A stretch of DNA of 64,000 nucleotides, from the NCBI GenBank assembly GCA_964199315.1, contig OZ116698.1, positions 34,286,001-34,350,000 of the forward strand, given 5' to 3'. The notes beneath the pieces are model-generated. The model made no database searches. It was not told the origin of the DNA and saw only the letters and a program-made list of their open reading frames with translations. The first letter of the stretch is position 1. Every line of letters begins with the position of its first letter. Shown here in pieces: positions 34,901-49,900 of the stretch. The translations under genes and the position numbers were made by a program. Source of the stretch: Orbicella franksi (taxonomy: Eukaryota).

Positions 34901-37900
34901 AAAATCGTTAATATTTATCTATCCAGCCAAATTGAACCAAAACGATTTCGCTTTTCAAGTTAATGTTCTCCGGCTCCAGTGCGTTATCTTAATGTAGAAA
35001 CTGACTGGTGACGTGAAGTCAATTGTATGAGCTTCAACTTCGACGCAAAAGATAACTGTTAAGCGTTGTTAAGGAAACATTAAACGAATACCGCAATTTC
35101 AATATTTAGGTACTTTGCTAGACGTTTCGACGCTCAATCCACGAAACCTTCCTAAAAATTAAATTGATAATTCGAGTTTGTAAATGTAATCCAGCGTTTA
35201 TTTTAGTAATACGTGAAGAAAATCTTCTTGAGAACAATGCCACAAAACAACTCATATTTACCTCCGACTGGACTGACAGATAACACAATTAAAGGAATTG
35301 ATAATTTAGATCGCGAATTCACATGCAAATAAAATACTTCTGTAAATTGTAAAATATTTATAAGCACCGCGTTTGAAAAGATGACCCCTTAGTTTTCATG
35401 GATAATGGACATGAAAGCTTGGAATGGAGTATTCAAATTCTCTTTAGAGAAAAAGACATAACTTCGATTTTTAATACCAACACAAATGTTTATTTACAGG
35501 AACGTTTTGCAACTAAAAACTGTTGTTAAACCCGATATAACTAGGGATAAAGGGCGACTTCTAAAAATATTCATCGCTAAACTGTTTCATGACATATGTG
35601 AAGAACAGTTTGCAATTTATGCCTCGGTCCCGAAGTAAATACAAATTGCAATTTTTACTCTGATATAACTAATATTAAAGCCCAGTCCACTGATATGGTG
35701 TGCAAAGAAAAAGTCTCAATTAAGACAGTTTTAGGAAAACAAATGCTTTAGCTTTGCAGAACAGACGGCAGTTTTCATGCGCGCATTGAATCCCTCGCTC
35801 GCCGGGAGAAGCCATCTGCGATTCGCGCAATGCCTCCCTGATGATGACTAAGCAGTATAGTGATTGTGGGGGATTAAATGAGTGGGAGAAGTCTTAGTTA
35901 ATAGAGGAGAAAGGTTATGCAAGCCCGGCAAACATTATGATCGTGCACAATCTCTTAGTTTGCGTTCATACATAACGCATGAATTAATTAACCGGACCTT
36001 TGCTGGTGGTCAGTCTCTCAGTTAGAAGTTAAGTGCTGTTGTGTTTTGTGCACGGTCAAGGCCAAAATAGCCAACAAAGAAATTTGCTGGACTTCATTTT
36101 AACCACTCCACCTATTGCAGATGAGAAACGGTTACTTCATTCATGTTCCCGGACAATTTTAACTTTGTTTTAGGGAAACAAGCGAAGCATACATTGCTAC
36201 CAAGAAGTGCATTTTATTGGCTTCAGTATTTCAGAGGGCAGAAAAATCTAATTGGTACAACAAATATGCTTAACCGGTACCAAGCTTCTCAAGAAAAAAT
36301 TATTTAAATACAGTGTCAGAAATTTCAAATCTTAATTTAACTTCCTATTGTGAACCCATTATTGGAGCTAATACGTTCATAAACTTCAGCAAGATTATTT
36401 TATGCATAAAACAATTTTAAAACCTGTTAAACAAACATATGTTAAGTTAACAAAACCTATTTTTAGGTTTGGCTGATGGGGTAATATTGATTATGTTTAT
36501 ATATACGCGTATCCATCTTGCTCAGTATACAATATGAAATGGTCGGACACACCTTTGTTTTATTGAGATTATTCACTGTACTGCAGATATTCCCGCTTTC
36601 CTTTCCTTGTCGCCACTTGCATGCTGAATAGATCGCCTTCAGTTATATCACGGGGTTGACCATAAAATAATTAATGACTGTCAAAAATACGATGACCTTA
36701 GAAATGTTCGAGAGTTGAATACTTAAATACTAAGATGGAAGTAACCTTTTGTGTGATTAGACACTAAAAAGCTGAAAATTTAAATTAGAAGCTGTTCATA
36801 AAAGATCCAAGACTATTTCATCGCAAGTATTGAACTTATTCCGCTGATGGTCTTAGACGGATTAAATTTGTGGGCCATTTTACGGTTAGCGCTCTCAACA
36901 GTCGTTCAATGGTTACTGTGACCACAGTTTTATACAAACATGCACGGTTCAAGCGTTTGAGCAGGACGAAATGACTTAGTCAGCTATAAATAACTTTTCT
37001 GTTTAGAATGGCAGAAGGACGGCAAATACTCGGCACGCCCTCAGCTCGCAGACCTTCCTTCTGGTCGTAAGCTAGTTATGTCTGATAATCTGTCCTACCG
37101 ACAGCAGATGTTCCCACAGGGACGGCGGAGCTGGGGGATGGCTGGGGGGTGTTTTAGCCCCCCCAGTTTCAAGCAAAAAATACATAAAATAATAATTTTA
37201 CAAATCTCTCCAGATCCCCTACAAGATAACGCCTCTGGCGCTCGCTTGTAAGCCCCCCAATTCAAAATACGCTCCGCCATCTCTGTTTCATATGCCGGAG
37301 CAGTATTCCAGCTAAATTTGATAAACTAACTATAGTAAGTCAGCTGTTTGAATACTAAACTTAAGTAAGTAACCATTCGTTTAGCAGGTCATTGGGGAAA
37401 CCCTCTTTGTGACGGCGCCAATGTCTAAACTTATGAAATTTGTTTCTTTTTCAGACATTTGTGATCGTAGCTTCTCGGCTTGGCAGGCAATACGTATTTA
37501 GATTTAGCAAGGAGAAATCATTATATTTATTTGGACCATTAAACGCAGTGCGGAAAGCAATAATTATTCTTATTACAAATCAGTATCCTTTTGAATATTG
37601 AATTTAAATTTATCATTGTCTTAGAGTGAGTAATGTAAATGTGATAAATAGACCAATAATCTTTTTCATTACATTAATCCCCTTTCACATTTGTGGATCT
37701 CCCTTAAAAGTGATTTTTTGGGGGAGCTATGACAAGACATAATGCAGTCATGGACTACAGTAATGGATCAGAGAAACCCGCCTACTCCAACTGACCAATG
37801 AAAATACGGTCTCCTTTTGAGAAGCCATTGAAATGTCGAAATGTGCGTGTTGCCTTTTGCCTCTGTTTCTAAGGGATTTTTTATGCTAAACCATTCAAAT

Positions 37901-40900
37901 GAAAATAAGTTTGATTGACATGAAAATAAACTTACAGGTGAACACATTTTCTATCAATCAGAATGGTCTCGAGCGAATAGTCGTGTTGGCAAAGAGACAA
38001 CAAGCAACTCGAGTTCGAAAATGGCCATTTTACGTGTTTTCAACAATCGAAAAACTTCACCTCCACTCTGTTATTATGTGATCGGCCAAACGAAGTTTTT
38101 CTACTTGTAACGACTGTTCGTAGCAGTTAACTTCCTTAACCTAACTGTAGATTTTTTGAATTATTTATACTTCTTACCATAATTGTAAATTGTATTTTTC
38201 TTGCCCTAAAAAACGCTCCAGAGGAACCAGAGTAAGTGATAATTAAGTTTAAAAATAATTAAAAATTAATTTATTAATTACGCCATGTTGTCAGGTTTTT
38301 TCTGATATTTCATTATATAAATGATTCAGGATCTTTTGATCCCAGGGGAATCGAGAACTTCGACGAAGGAAAAGAAGGCAGATTGGGCACAATGATTCGG
38401 TAATCAACTACTTGCTTTCAAGAGAACAAAAATTTGAGAAACTACCCTGAGGGACGTTTTGTACGGTAGGCCAGCGATATCTACCTACCAGGAAACACGC
38501 TCAATTATCAGTTGCCTAGACAGGTGCCTTCTGCAAAAGATCTTACAAAAGTGTACCCAACCATTTTTTTACCCAACTATTTGTTTCCTTTCAAACCGGT
38601 TTGACCAAAATATGATTGTATGCTGTCGCATTTAATTAATGTTTTTTTTCTATCATTAGGTACGTCTTCGCCGCAATATACACGGTTGAAATGATTCTTA
38701 AGATTATGGCTAAAGGCTTTTGTATGCACAAATTTGCTTATCTCAGGGATCCATGGAACTGGCTAGATTTTGTTGTTGTAATTTTGGGGTAAGTTTCACG
38801 ATGCTGTTTTTGTAAAGTAACCCTTTAGCTGTTGATGTATTTTTAACACTTTTAGAGAGGGAAAGGGAGAGGATAAACGTTCTTATTGTTCTCGAGTAAA
38901 CGTATAAACGTGTTCAAATATCTATTGATGTTCCGTAGTAGTTTAACCTTTTCTATCTCGACCTGTTCGAAATTTGTGAGGCCCTGCCAGGGGGTTAAGG
39001 GAACAAGGGGACACGAACCTTTTTTTTCAGGGAAAAGGGATAGCTTTGGATTAACCTACAGGAACACGGGATATCTCTACTATAACGGAACGTTTGCGAA
39101 AAATTTCAGGAAACGATAAGAACGAAGACGAAAATGCGAAATTAATTTTTTTAAAGGAATCAGAGAGTATTTATTTCAGGGAGGCTTCCATAGGTGTCAG
39201 TGTAAGAAAGGATTCACAGTGGTGACTGTCATTTTAGATGTGTTTTTTTTCTTTTTCTTAACAGGTATATTACTCTTATTCCTAACGTCTACAACTTGTC
39301 AGGGATTAGAACATTTAGAGTTCTTCGAGCTCTTAGAACTATTTCAGCAGTTGAAGGTGAGAACAGGACAAGGTCTCAATGTCTACTGTGCGGCCGCTGA
39401 GTACGGTGAAAGATAGGTTCCTCACAATCGTCCTTAGTCTAAGATTACTTCAATAAAAACGACGAGCTAGAAAGTTTGAAACCTTTCAAACACGTAGTTT
39501 TGAAACACTCGACCTAGGATACCCGCTTTTAATGTGTACCCGAAAGTTTGTATTCTCTTTTTAAAACTGAATATCTACAGTCGTTTGATCTAGCACTCTA
39601 CATTCAGTATTGAAATTTTGTCAATCTCCTGTTCAAAATATGAATTCCCCTTGCCAGTTTCCTCACATTTCTATGTAATGTTATTTCTGAGAATTTGGTA
39701 CTATATCATGACTCCTGATGAAAAACATGCACTAGTAGCCTTAACCAGTACTCTTCCTTTTTGATAGGTTTAAAGACAATGGTAAATGCTCTTCTCAAGT
39801 CCATGACCATGTTATCAGACGTCTTGATCCTCACACTGTTTTTCCTGTGTATCTTCGCCTTGGTTGGAATGCAGCTCTTTGTTGGACAGCTGAGAAATAA
39901 ATGCGTTGCCACGCCCATGCCACACAATTCGATTGGCTATGACAAATATATATCCAATCAAAGTAAGTGGCATCTGCCAATCACAATCTATTGCCACATC
40001 GTTTCTAAAATTGGAGTTTTTGTAGCGACTGATGACGCGACTTTTTAATCCAAATTGTTTTACATTATTTTAAGCACGGGATAAAAGGACTGTTTAACTC
40101 AACAAGTCAGATATCAGCTAGGTTCTTGTCTTGAGTGAGATAGATATTTAGAAGCCTTGAATTTGTACCCCTCTTTTCAGGTGTGTGGCTTAGATGTGAC
40201 AGCGACGAGCTTGTGGTTTGTGGAAATGCGTCAACTGCAGGGTAACAACAGTAATCAAAACTATAACAAAATTCTCGAACGTGATTGGCTATCAGCAGCC
40301 CGATTTGAGCATTAATTGGACAGTTTACGCGTCATGCTTGTAATTGGACAGTACGCGTCACTTTGCGCGCGCTGCTGCGGTGCACTTTGTTGAGTAAACT
40401 GCTGTGTTTTTCAGCATTCATAACGACGTTTAATTGTTCAGCACTCAATTGATGCTTTGTTCGTTTCTCGAATTTTGTCATAGTTTTGATTAATTGGTAA
40501 CAGGACATCGTGTCGTCCAATTCAGTCTGTAATCATACTCGTGATTAACAAATCGGACTCCCGCTTCGCGGTCGTCCGATTTTGTTAATCACTCGTATGA
40601 TTACAGACCGAATTGGACTCCACTCAGTCCTATTACCATTATTAATTCTTACCTTTATGTTTACCGAGCTCAAATTTCATTTGTAATTACCGTCTCTTTG
40701 ACGTGCGGTTGCTCGCACGTTGATTGGCTAAGACGTTTGGAAAACAAACAGAAAGATTTCAAACTTTTCTATAGCAACACCACTGACCTAGACGCAACAA
40801 TTGGATCATTGGATCGTCATTTTCGCTCTAAAAGCGAACCATGTTATCTTCATGTTACATCAAACAACTAATTAAACGGGAACGCTGTAAAACTCCTGTT

Positions 40901-43900
40901 TTCATTCACGAAATCCATTCAGTAATCTGCAAATAACAAATGGAGCGGGAAACGATCAGAAATATCAAAAACACCGTTTAACAGTCTTCTTCCTCCTTAC
41001 AGAAGTTTAAAGACTCTGAATACCTCACTTTGGACAGGAAAAGCGTTCGATACCAATAAATCTCCTAGTAAACATTTCAGCGTATAATTTTGCTGTACTG
41101 TTTTCCTCTCCTTTACTATTTTAATCCGTTCCAAGACCAGTAGAGATGCTCCGTTTGATGCGTAGTTTCTTGCTTAAACAATTTTAATTGTTAAAAATGC
41201 CTGATAGGATGAATTTATTTCAGGACCTGTCCTGCGAACTACACGTGTTTGTCAGTCGGTGATAACCCCAACTATGGTTACACTAACTTTGACAACTTCG
41301 CCTGGTCTTTGGTAACTGCTTTTCAACTAATTACAATGGACTTTTGGGAAAATGTCTTTAATTATGTGAGTATTCACCTTTTTCAATTTGTTTTTTGTAA
41401 GACGCTTTTTTCTTTTCCGCGTCGGCATATTTTTTCTAATCAAAGTATTTCTTAATATGGCTAATTAAACTGGAACTGAAAATAACTGTGATTTCAGTAG
41501 TTAGTCCAAGTGGTTTCGTGGCCTTTACATCACTTCAGCCAGGGTCCCTCTTTCAAAAGGGACCCTGGCTGGACATCAGGTTCGTTTGCACACTTTCTCA
41601 TATGTCCTATCGTAAGATTTCTATCTTATTGCTTAATAGAACTATTTTATCCTGTTTTACAGGTTCTTGCCTCCATGGGTTCTTGGTACGTGTTCTATTT
41701 TATGTTCGTGGTGTTTTTTGGATCTTTCTATCTCATTAATCTGGTGCTTGCGGTGGTTGCGGTTTCATATCAACAAGAAGTAGTGGCGATGCAAGAAAGG
41801 GTAAGAGATGTGTTACCAGGCAAAAACATTAAGCTGATATGTACTATTGGGATTATGTTCTGGTAGCTGCAAGCTACCAAGAGAGGATGGGTAAGAGAGT
41901 TAATCCTCTATGTAGACCTTATTCCCAAGGTGATCCCTCCCCTAGTGATGGTATACGTTCTTCCCACGGACAATTTTACCACACGCGTTGCGTAGATGTT
42001 TTTGTGGAGGATGAAAATACAAGTAAAGCCGCTTGGACTGTCCACGTGAGCAAAATCTGTGTCACAGGGTTGAGTATATGTAGACTCCCTGGGATTTTTT
42101 AAATAACTTGAGAGGGGTATAGAGAATAATACACGGCGGCGCAAAGATATGAATTTTATTTTTGAACATTGAAAACAATATTTTAGGAACGAACGAGAGC
42201 AGCGAGTGAGTAAAATATTGTTTTTGACATGAGGAAGCCAACGTGTAATTTTCTTATTCTACAGACAAACTGACTGTTTGCATAAACAGCCGCGAGAAAG
42301 CGGGAAATGACGTCATAAGTATCCATGGAAAATACGCCATTTTTGCTGTGTGCATAAGATATATGGGTTATTGACCAAGCGTGAGGTCAAGATGGCTGGA
42401 CATTGGTCAAGTTCCTTTTTTGCATGTTTATGGGCCCAGACGGAGACGAGGTCCATAAACTCGCAAAAAAAGAACTAGGCGAATATCAAGCCATCTTGGC
42501 CGAACAAGCTTGGTCAATAAAGGATTTGTTATATGGCTTTCGGGAAAATTTTTCTTGCGGGTAACGGCGAGTAGTCCCGAGCGGGCAAGATAGCTCCATC
42601 TTGCCAGCTCGGGTAGCCAATCACAGCGCAGGATTTGATTCATCTTGCCCTTTCACGGAGCTAGCCATATAATAATGTTCCTTATTCAGAAGTCTCTCGC
42701 GAAGCAATCTAGACCCTTCGCATTAATAGCTCCGATATTTGAATAACAATACTTATACACCCTAAGCCTAACATTCAGGTGATAAATCCTTTGTCTGGAA
42801 ACATAAACTCGAGGCTTAGGATGCATTTGTTATTCATCAAATTTAGGTCTATTTGTTTCCAAATCAAAGGCCAGTTAGAGTGTGAACATTAGTTTTACTT
42901 CCAGTATAACCTCTATAAGCCTGCCGAGTTTCCCTTGCTTGAGGTGTATTTAAAACTGTTCAACTTTTTTCAATTTACAGGATAAAAACTATGAAGAGCT
43001 CAAAACTGTTGTATCGTCGTACTCATTTCACGGGCGTGCTGTGCCAAAACTTCTTACTGAAAGTGGGAAATCAAAACAAGAAGCCCTGGTAACAAAATGC
43101 AAGCTTTCACTGTGTCTTCCTTGCTTCAAAAACTCTGCAAGCTCAAAACCTCACGAAACTAAGAACGCTACTAACACAGGAGAAATTGAAGGAAGTCACG
43201 CGAGTTTGCATTACTCGCCGTGTGGTTCTCATGTGATGGAAATGAACAATGTAACGGGGGAGTATTCTACGGTCAAGGATAAGAACGAAAACGTGGCCGA
43301 CGAGAAAGCATCGAATGGAAAAGACGTGCAAATACGATTAACTCCGATTATTTCTACACCCAGTCAATGTCAACCTATTAGGACGTCATTAGTACATGAT
43401 TCTATTTCAGAAACTAGTAGAAATTCAAATGCGAAATTTTTAGAAGTGAAGCCAACTTGGGCAAGAACGTTAACCGTAATAAGTGAACAGGAATCAACAG
43501 ACCCTGATAACCACTCTGTAAATTCAGATGACTGTAACGCAATTAAGCAAGTCAAATTCCCTGGGGTATCTCCGATTTCATCACCCGTGGGAAGTCCTCG
43601 GGGATCCACGGGGTGGGAACCCCAAGGAAAAGACGCTAAACACCGGAAGGAAGAGTTATCGAGGCGGAAATGTATTCGGAAACGTATTTCTAAACTGACG
43701 ATGGATCCGTTGTTTGATATGTTCATTACATTTTGTATTCTTGTTAACACTGTGTTTTTGGCCTTGGAGTATCATGGAATGAACGAGAATTTCAGAATGG
43801 CCTTGGATGTTGGAAATATGGTAGGTAATAATAAATAAACTAATTTAGCGATCCACCAGGAGATGCTGGTCAGTGCCGAGTGTCCTCCGGTGGGGGTGGG

Positions 43901-46900
43901 AGCCATGAGGATACCCTGACCCATCGGGAGACAAGGTTTTTCCCGGTGGGGCCGTGTGAATGCCATGACCTTGGTTAAAACTTGGAATTCCCGGTGGGAA
44001 CGAGGATTTGCCAGGTCTGGCCTGGTGTTTGAAGGTCGGATAACGCTATCTACTAAATAAATCGCTATCCAGTGGATAAATGTTAACAAAACAAAGCGTT
44101 CTATCCACTGGATAGTAATTTATCCGGGGAATTCCGTTATCAACCTTTCGAGCAACCCGGGCCTAGTGACTTGTTCTCACCATTAAAGAAATAACGTTAT
44201 TCAAGTAAAATTGAAAGCAGGGATTAACGTTCCTGATCAACTGTTTTTAGGTTTTCACATTCGTGTTCCTGCTGGAGATGGTGTTGAAAGTGACTGCGTT
44301 TGGTCCTTGTGGTTACGTGAAGAGTCGATGGAATATATTTGATGGCTTCATTGTAGTGATAAGCATCGTAGACCTCATTATCGAGCGAGTTGTTAAAGTT
44401 GGTAGTGGCGCTGGACTCAGCGTCCTTCGGACGTTCAGACTGGTAAGTGATTTGCAGTGGAACTAAGCTGACTTGTTTCTCAGTAGAGTAAGAGAGCGCG
44501 TCACGCCAAAGCTATTACACCGTACTCGGGTAAATTCTGTCCCATTTATATCAGTAAGTGGAACGTGGAAGATTGAGGAGTACTGGCCGCCATCTTGGCT
44601 GTAATCGAACGTCTTACTACTTCAGACCTGCTGGAAATTCTCCGTGATGCGTTGAAAAAAAAAACGTTAATATAGTAGCTACGTGCTTGTAAAACAGCCA
44701 TGAACTTAGTGTGGTTGGTGGAGAGAAGTGATGATCTGTTTGTAACACACTCCATTACCACAGTATTTTTTGTAAGCAGTATCCAACTTGGAGAGGATCT
44801 GTTAGTGATCCCAAAGATGAGAGGATAACCTAAGAGAGTGATTCCCGGTTCCCTGTGATAACTGTATTACATTTGTAACACATGGAACTTGTTATCTTTA
44901 CCATGTTGTCGTGAGCTTCAAGCTCACGGCGACATCCAGATTTCTCCCGTTTTGTTGTACAGCCACCACCAAGTTAAAACAATGAGCAAAAACAGGATGC
45001 TTTAAATATTACTGTTACTGATTTTATCACAGGACAAGAAGATAAGCCCTGGGAACTAGATCAAAATGTCAATATTTCATTTCTTTTCCAGTCTTCATTC
45101 TCTGCTCGATATCTCATGTGCACATTCTTGTATTTCAGCTGCGTGTTTTCAAGCTTGCGCAGTCATGGCAGACGATGAACATGCTGCTACGAACAATCGC
45201 CAGCAGCATCGGCCAGCTTGGTAACCTCACCTTGGTTTTGGGGATCATTGTTTACATGTTGGCAGTGGTCGGAATGCAACTGTTTGGGAGGTAATCATGT
45301 AAAACAAATGTTGCTTACTTGACTAAATAATCAATAAACTCAACAGACATATATTTTTTTCCTTTTCGCTAGTGTCTACACAGAAGACAAATTTGGTGGC
45401 GACATTCCTCGCTGGAATTTTAATGATTTTGGTCAGGCGTGCATGATGATATTCAGAGTACTATGTGGAGAGTGGATTGAACCGCTGTATGACAGCATGC
45501 GGGCGACGGGTCCTGAGTCCGTCCTGTTTTTCCTCACGGCTTTAGTCATTGGAAACTTTCTGGTGAGTCACGTGACAGATTTGCAGTACTGAAGGATTTA
45601 TCCTCCATAAACCTTATTCCCAAGGTAATCCTTCTCAAGCTATTTTTAAATCACTCCAGGCTTCAGAAATCCCAGGAAGGTCTAGAAATAACCAATCCTG
45701 TAGCGCAAATTTTGCTCACGTGGACAGCCCAAGCTGCGTCACACGTAATTTTCGAACTCCACGAAAACACCCACGCAACGTGCGTGGCAACATAATCCAC
45801 CGGAGATCTGGGTACCATTTCTAAAAATAGCTTGTGTACCTTAGGAGTACCGTTCATCCTCTCTTGTTTTGTTTCTAAGCCCGGTTATTCAAGGAAATTG
45901 GTAGATTTTGGCATATTTTCCTACTTAGACACCAATTAAATTGTTGCATACTAGCCAAGGATGACGTGATATTGTTTTTGCTATCGCTAGTAAGTAACAG
46001 TAGAAAAAGAAAAATCTTCTCGTGAAGCATTTAGTTTTTTTATCTATTTGTCCACGTTCAACGTATTCTGTAGTTATCATGTTACGAAAAGACATTTAAG
46101 TTTAGTTTTTAGTCCTTATCAGTTTAACTTAAAAACAAAATTGAATTGAAAAAAAAAACATGCATGTACAGAGAACGTCACGAAAAGTTATTCTATAGCA
46201 GAGAAGATTGTCTTGGAAATGTTGCCAATGGGTTAATGGCTAACTGACTGTTTTTTTACAAGGTGACGCACGGTGATAAAATCATTTTCCCCTCTTATAT
46301 CTCAGGTTTTGAATTTGTTTCTTGCTTTACTGCTTAACGCCTTCGCTCGTGAGTCTTTGCAAGATGAAGCAGAGAAAAGAGGGGAAAAACAGCCAAGCAA
46401 GTTTTATCAGGGGGTCCAGCGACTGAGTAGAGTTCTGCGTCTGAATAGTGTGATACCACGCCGAACACAGGTCAAGCCTACACAGCCTCCTGCAGACGAC
46501 GCACCCGGATCAGTGAAAAGTTCAGATAGCAAAGGTGATTTTGTGTAATTCTATAACTCGATATAACACAGATCCAACACGAGAACCAGCTCGATAGAGC
46601 CATAGAAACACTCACCTGTGGCTCGTGTTTCTTTAACTTAATTATATCTAGACCTTGGAGTGGAATGCTTGTAAACTCGCTGATTAATTACGTGCATTGA
46701 AAACAAAGTATTTTTAGAGCGTTTCAGCCAATCAACTTTAGGACGTGTAAATATGCTTTCGACGACTTAGTTAAAATTACTTTATTTTCTTTAACAGATG
46801 CTCTTAATAGTACCCCGGCGCTGATGAACGCAGTAACAGCTTTTCAAAAGAAAGGAAAACTCAACAGAGACACAGTCAAAAGGGTAAGAGCTTAATGAGC

Positions 46901-49900
46901 ACTTAGTCGATAATAACATGTTATGCAACATAGCTTTATTCCCTGTGTCACTTATCCTCTTTTACCTTTGCCATGTCCTCAGCTTTCGATCGCAATCGAA
47001 GCTGCGAAAAAGGACTCTACAGCATCCAGCGCCGTTCTCAGTTTGGCTCGTTCGTCGGCAACAATCACCAGCCCGCGGGAAAGTGTCCAGATGAATCGGG
47101 GTGAATCCTCGGGCGATCCCGCCATGACAGAGGTGCAGGAGTGCTGCCCGTGCTGGATGAAGCGCTGCACGTGTGACTGCATTGCTATGTGGAAAGAGTC
47201 CAGCGGTTATCGTGTTTGGAGAAGCATGCGCCATAAAATCAAGAAGTTGGTCGAGCACCGGTATTTTGAATGGGCGATTCTGCTGATTATTGTGGCCAGC
47301 AGTGTTACTCTGGTAAGTTGCCGCTATGGGTAACGGCATTACACCAAACTGAATACCTTATAGACTCTATGGTGTCTTCATTAAAACTTTCCTTCAATAA
47401 AGAATTGTTTTGTATATTTTTCAGGTTTTTGAGGACGTTCATCTTAACAATCGCCCAACACTAAAGAAAGTCTTGGATTATCTAAACATCGTATTTGCTG
47501 TGGTGTTTACTCTGGAGTTTCTCCTTAAAACAATCGGCTTGGGTTTTGTAACGTACTTCAAGAATGCCTGGAACTGCCTGGACGTGGTTATTGTTGCTGT
47601 AAGTAAAATGATCTGAACTGAACTCAACAGAATAGTCTACACGGTTGAAATGTCTCAAAACGTTCGGCTGTGAGATTAAGAGTACGGCTCGATCGTGTAA
47701 TATCCATAGATTTGTCGCGTGGGCGTGCTTGGGAAGTTGGGTGAGCATTCAAGAAGCGAGGGGTACTCTCGACTCTCCTTTGAGCAAACCGTACGCTTTT
47801 GTTTCTTGTGCTTGAAAAAGAGCCTTCAAAGATTTCCGAGAAGCGCGCTGACATATTTATATTGCAAAGGCGATATAACGAGCACAATTCGTGCTAACGT
47901 GCCAACATGTTGGCTTGTCAGATCCGAGGTTCCTTATGCGCCCAAGAAAAATCAGTGTCATGTCTGATGGAGGGTACATTATATCTTGTGTGCACCCTTA
48001 ACTTTTGGCCATACGTTCTTGGGGTATGGGACAATGATGGAATTACAATATTTTGCTTCTTGTTTCGAAGAAGTAACCATTTTCTCAAGTTTGATGTCAC
48101 AGTATTTTGACTCTGCTCTGCTTGTTTAGGTTTGTTTAGCAGACATGGGTTGCAGAATGTTCGCTACCCATGTTCGAATGTTCGCTAAAAATGTTTTGCT
48201 TATTTCGCAAATGACGTTTACGTTATTTCTCAATTTTCTGCTCAAAGTTCTTAAGCAACAGTTGTCATTCATTAACATTCTTTATTTTCAGATATCCATT
48301 CTCACGGCTGTTGAGTCTATTGAAGAACTAAACTCGGTAAGAATACTAAACAAATAATCGTAAACTGATCTTGTTGAAATAGGTATAAATATTCATTGAA
48401 TGCTCTAGAGTGATCAACATCGATTTTCTCTTTAAAATATTAATAAGTCGTCAAGCAGACAGGTGATGAGAATAAAGAAAATAATCATCTAGGAGATATT
48501 ATTTGATGTACCACCAAATTCTCAAAAGTAGCATTTAAAGAATGCGCAATTATAAAAAAAAGGAGAATTAATTTTTCGATCGTAGGACCATTTGAAACGC
48601 ACTTAGGAATGCTGTAGGTACTTCACGTGTAAAAGTGACTTAAAAGTACTTTAATGAAGTTATGAAGGAAAAGGAGCACTTTTTAACGCATGGGATGCCT
48701 AATTCAAAAATGTCGCGCTATAAAGATTATTTCTATTTCATCTAACTTGTGAAATTAAAATGTAACAACTTTAACCATTTTGGCAATATAAAATTATTGA
48801 GTCCGGAAAATATAGCAAGAGATTAGGCGTTCTTTTAGTAAACCTCTTTCTTCATATAATATTTAAAATAACAAAAAAGAAGAGAGTGAAAGGGAATATC
48901 ATTCTGATAATTATTTTGTAAAGAATGAGTAATAGGCCGCAATAATAATGAATCACATTATAATTATCCATGGTGACAAATGTTATAATTTGTTATTTGT
49001 ATTTTTCTTGCAGATTTCTGTCGCCACAGTGAAAAATCAGACCACGGATAACGACAGTAGCCTAGCTTCATTTCGTTCCCTGCGTACATTACGGGCGCTA
49101 AGACCTCTGAGAGCGATCTCACGCTGGGAGGGTATGAAGGTAAACAACTCTTCAACAAGAAAACTAACAATCCAATTTTCTGCATCTCATGAATATAAAC
49201 TGCTTCTCAATATTAAGGTTGCGTTCGTTCGGGAACCAAACATGTTAACTAAGGCGCTTTCCATTCAACCAAAAATTCAGGAACTTTCGAAACAGGCAAA
49301 CGTATACTACCGGAATTTTTTTTCAAAATTTAATCCGAAAATTGTTAAATTTCCAAAATGCAAATTATTCAACCCCAATTTCCCGGGGAATATCAAATGG
49401 AACGGGAATTCTCGGTAAGAAATTTGCGTACATTTGGGTATAACCCCCGATGAAAAAAGCCCCTAGTTAAAGTTTGTTTGGAGTATACAAGGAAAATTTA
49501 TTTGTCTCACAATTTCCAGCTGATTACTGCCGGGTTCAGTTTCTGCAAATTTCTTATAATAACACGAAATAACGAAAACAGCAACAACAAGGATCAAGAA
49601 CAACAAGTAAACATAGAAACAAATCCTACCTGGTGGGCACAGTACAGGCATTTAGTTTCGTTTCGTATGTATATTGCCCATTTTGAATTACATAATCCCC
49701 AGATAGTTGTTCGTTTATCAAAAGCATAAGGATTCTTAGGCACACAAAATATGATTTAATCTGAAAGAAACAGATCTATTGCATTCTGTAACCTGAGGTG
49801 CAGCAACAAATAAACAAAGGTAAATGGCCTTATAATCTTCTTAAATCCCTTCAACTGTTTCTTCCAAGGTTGTGGTGAATTCATTGCTGTTTGCAATCCC

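Noticed and set aside
37007-37070. Exon-like segment containing QTFLLV that resembles exon 2
   Set aside because: Similarity is marginal and no splice combination fits convincingly.
39737-39746. U12-like branch sequence (gccttaacc) before exon 6
   Set aside because: The intron donor is GTGAGA (U2-type), so this is a chance match or at most a relic.
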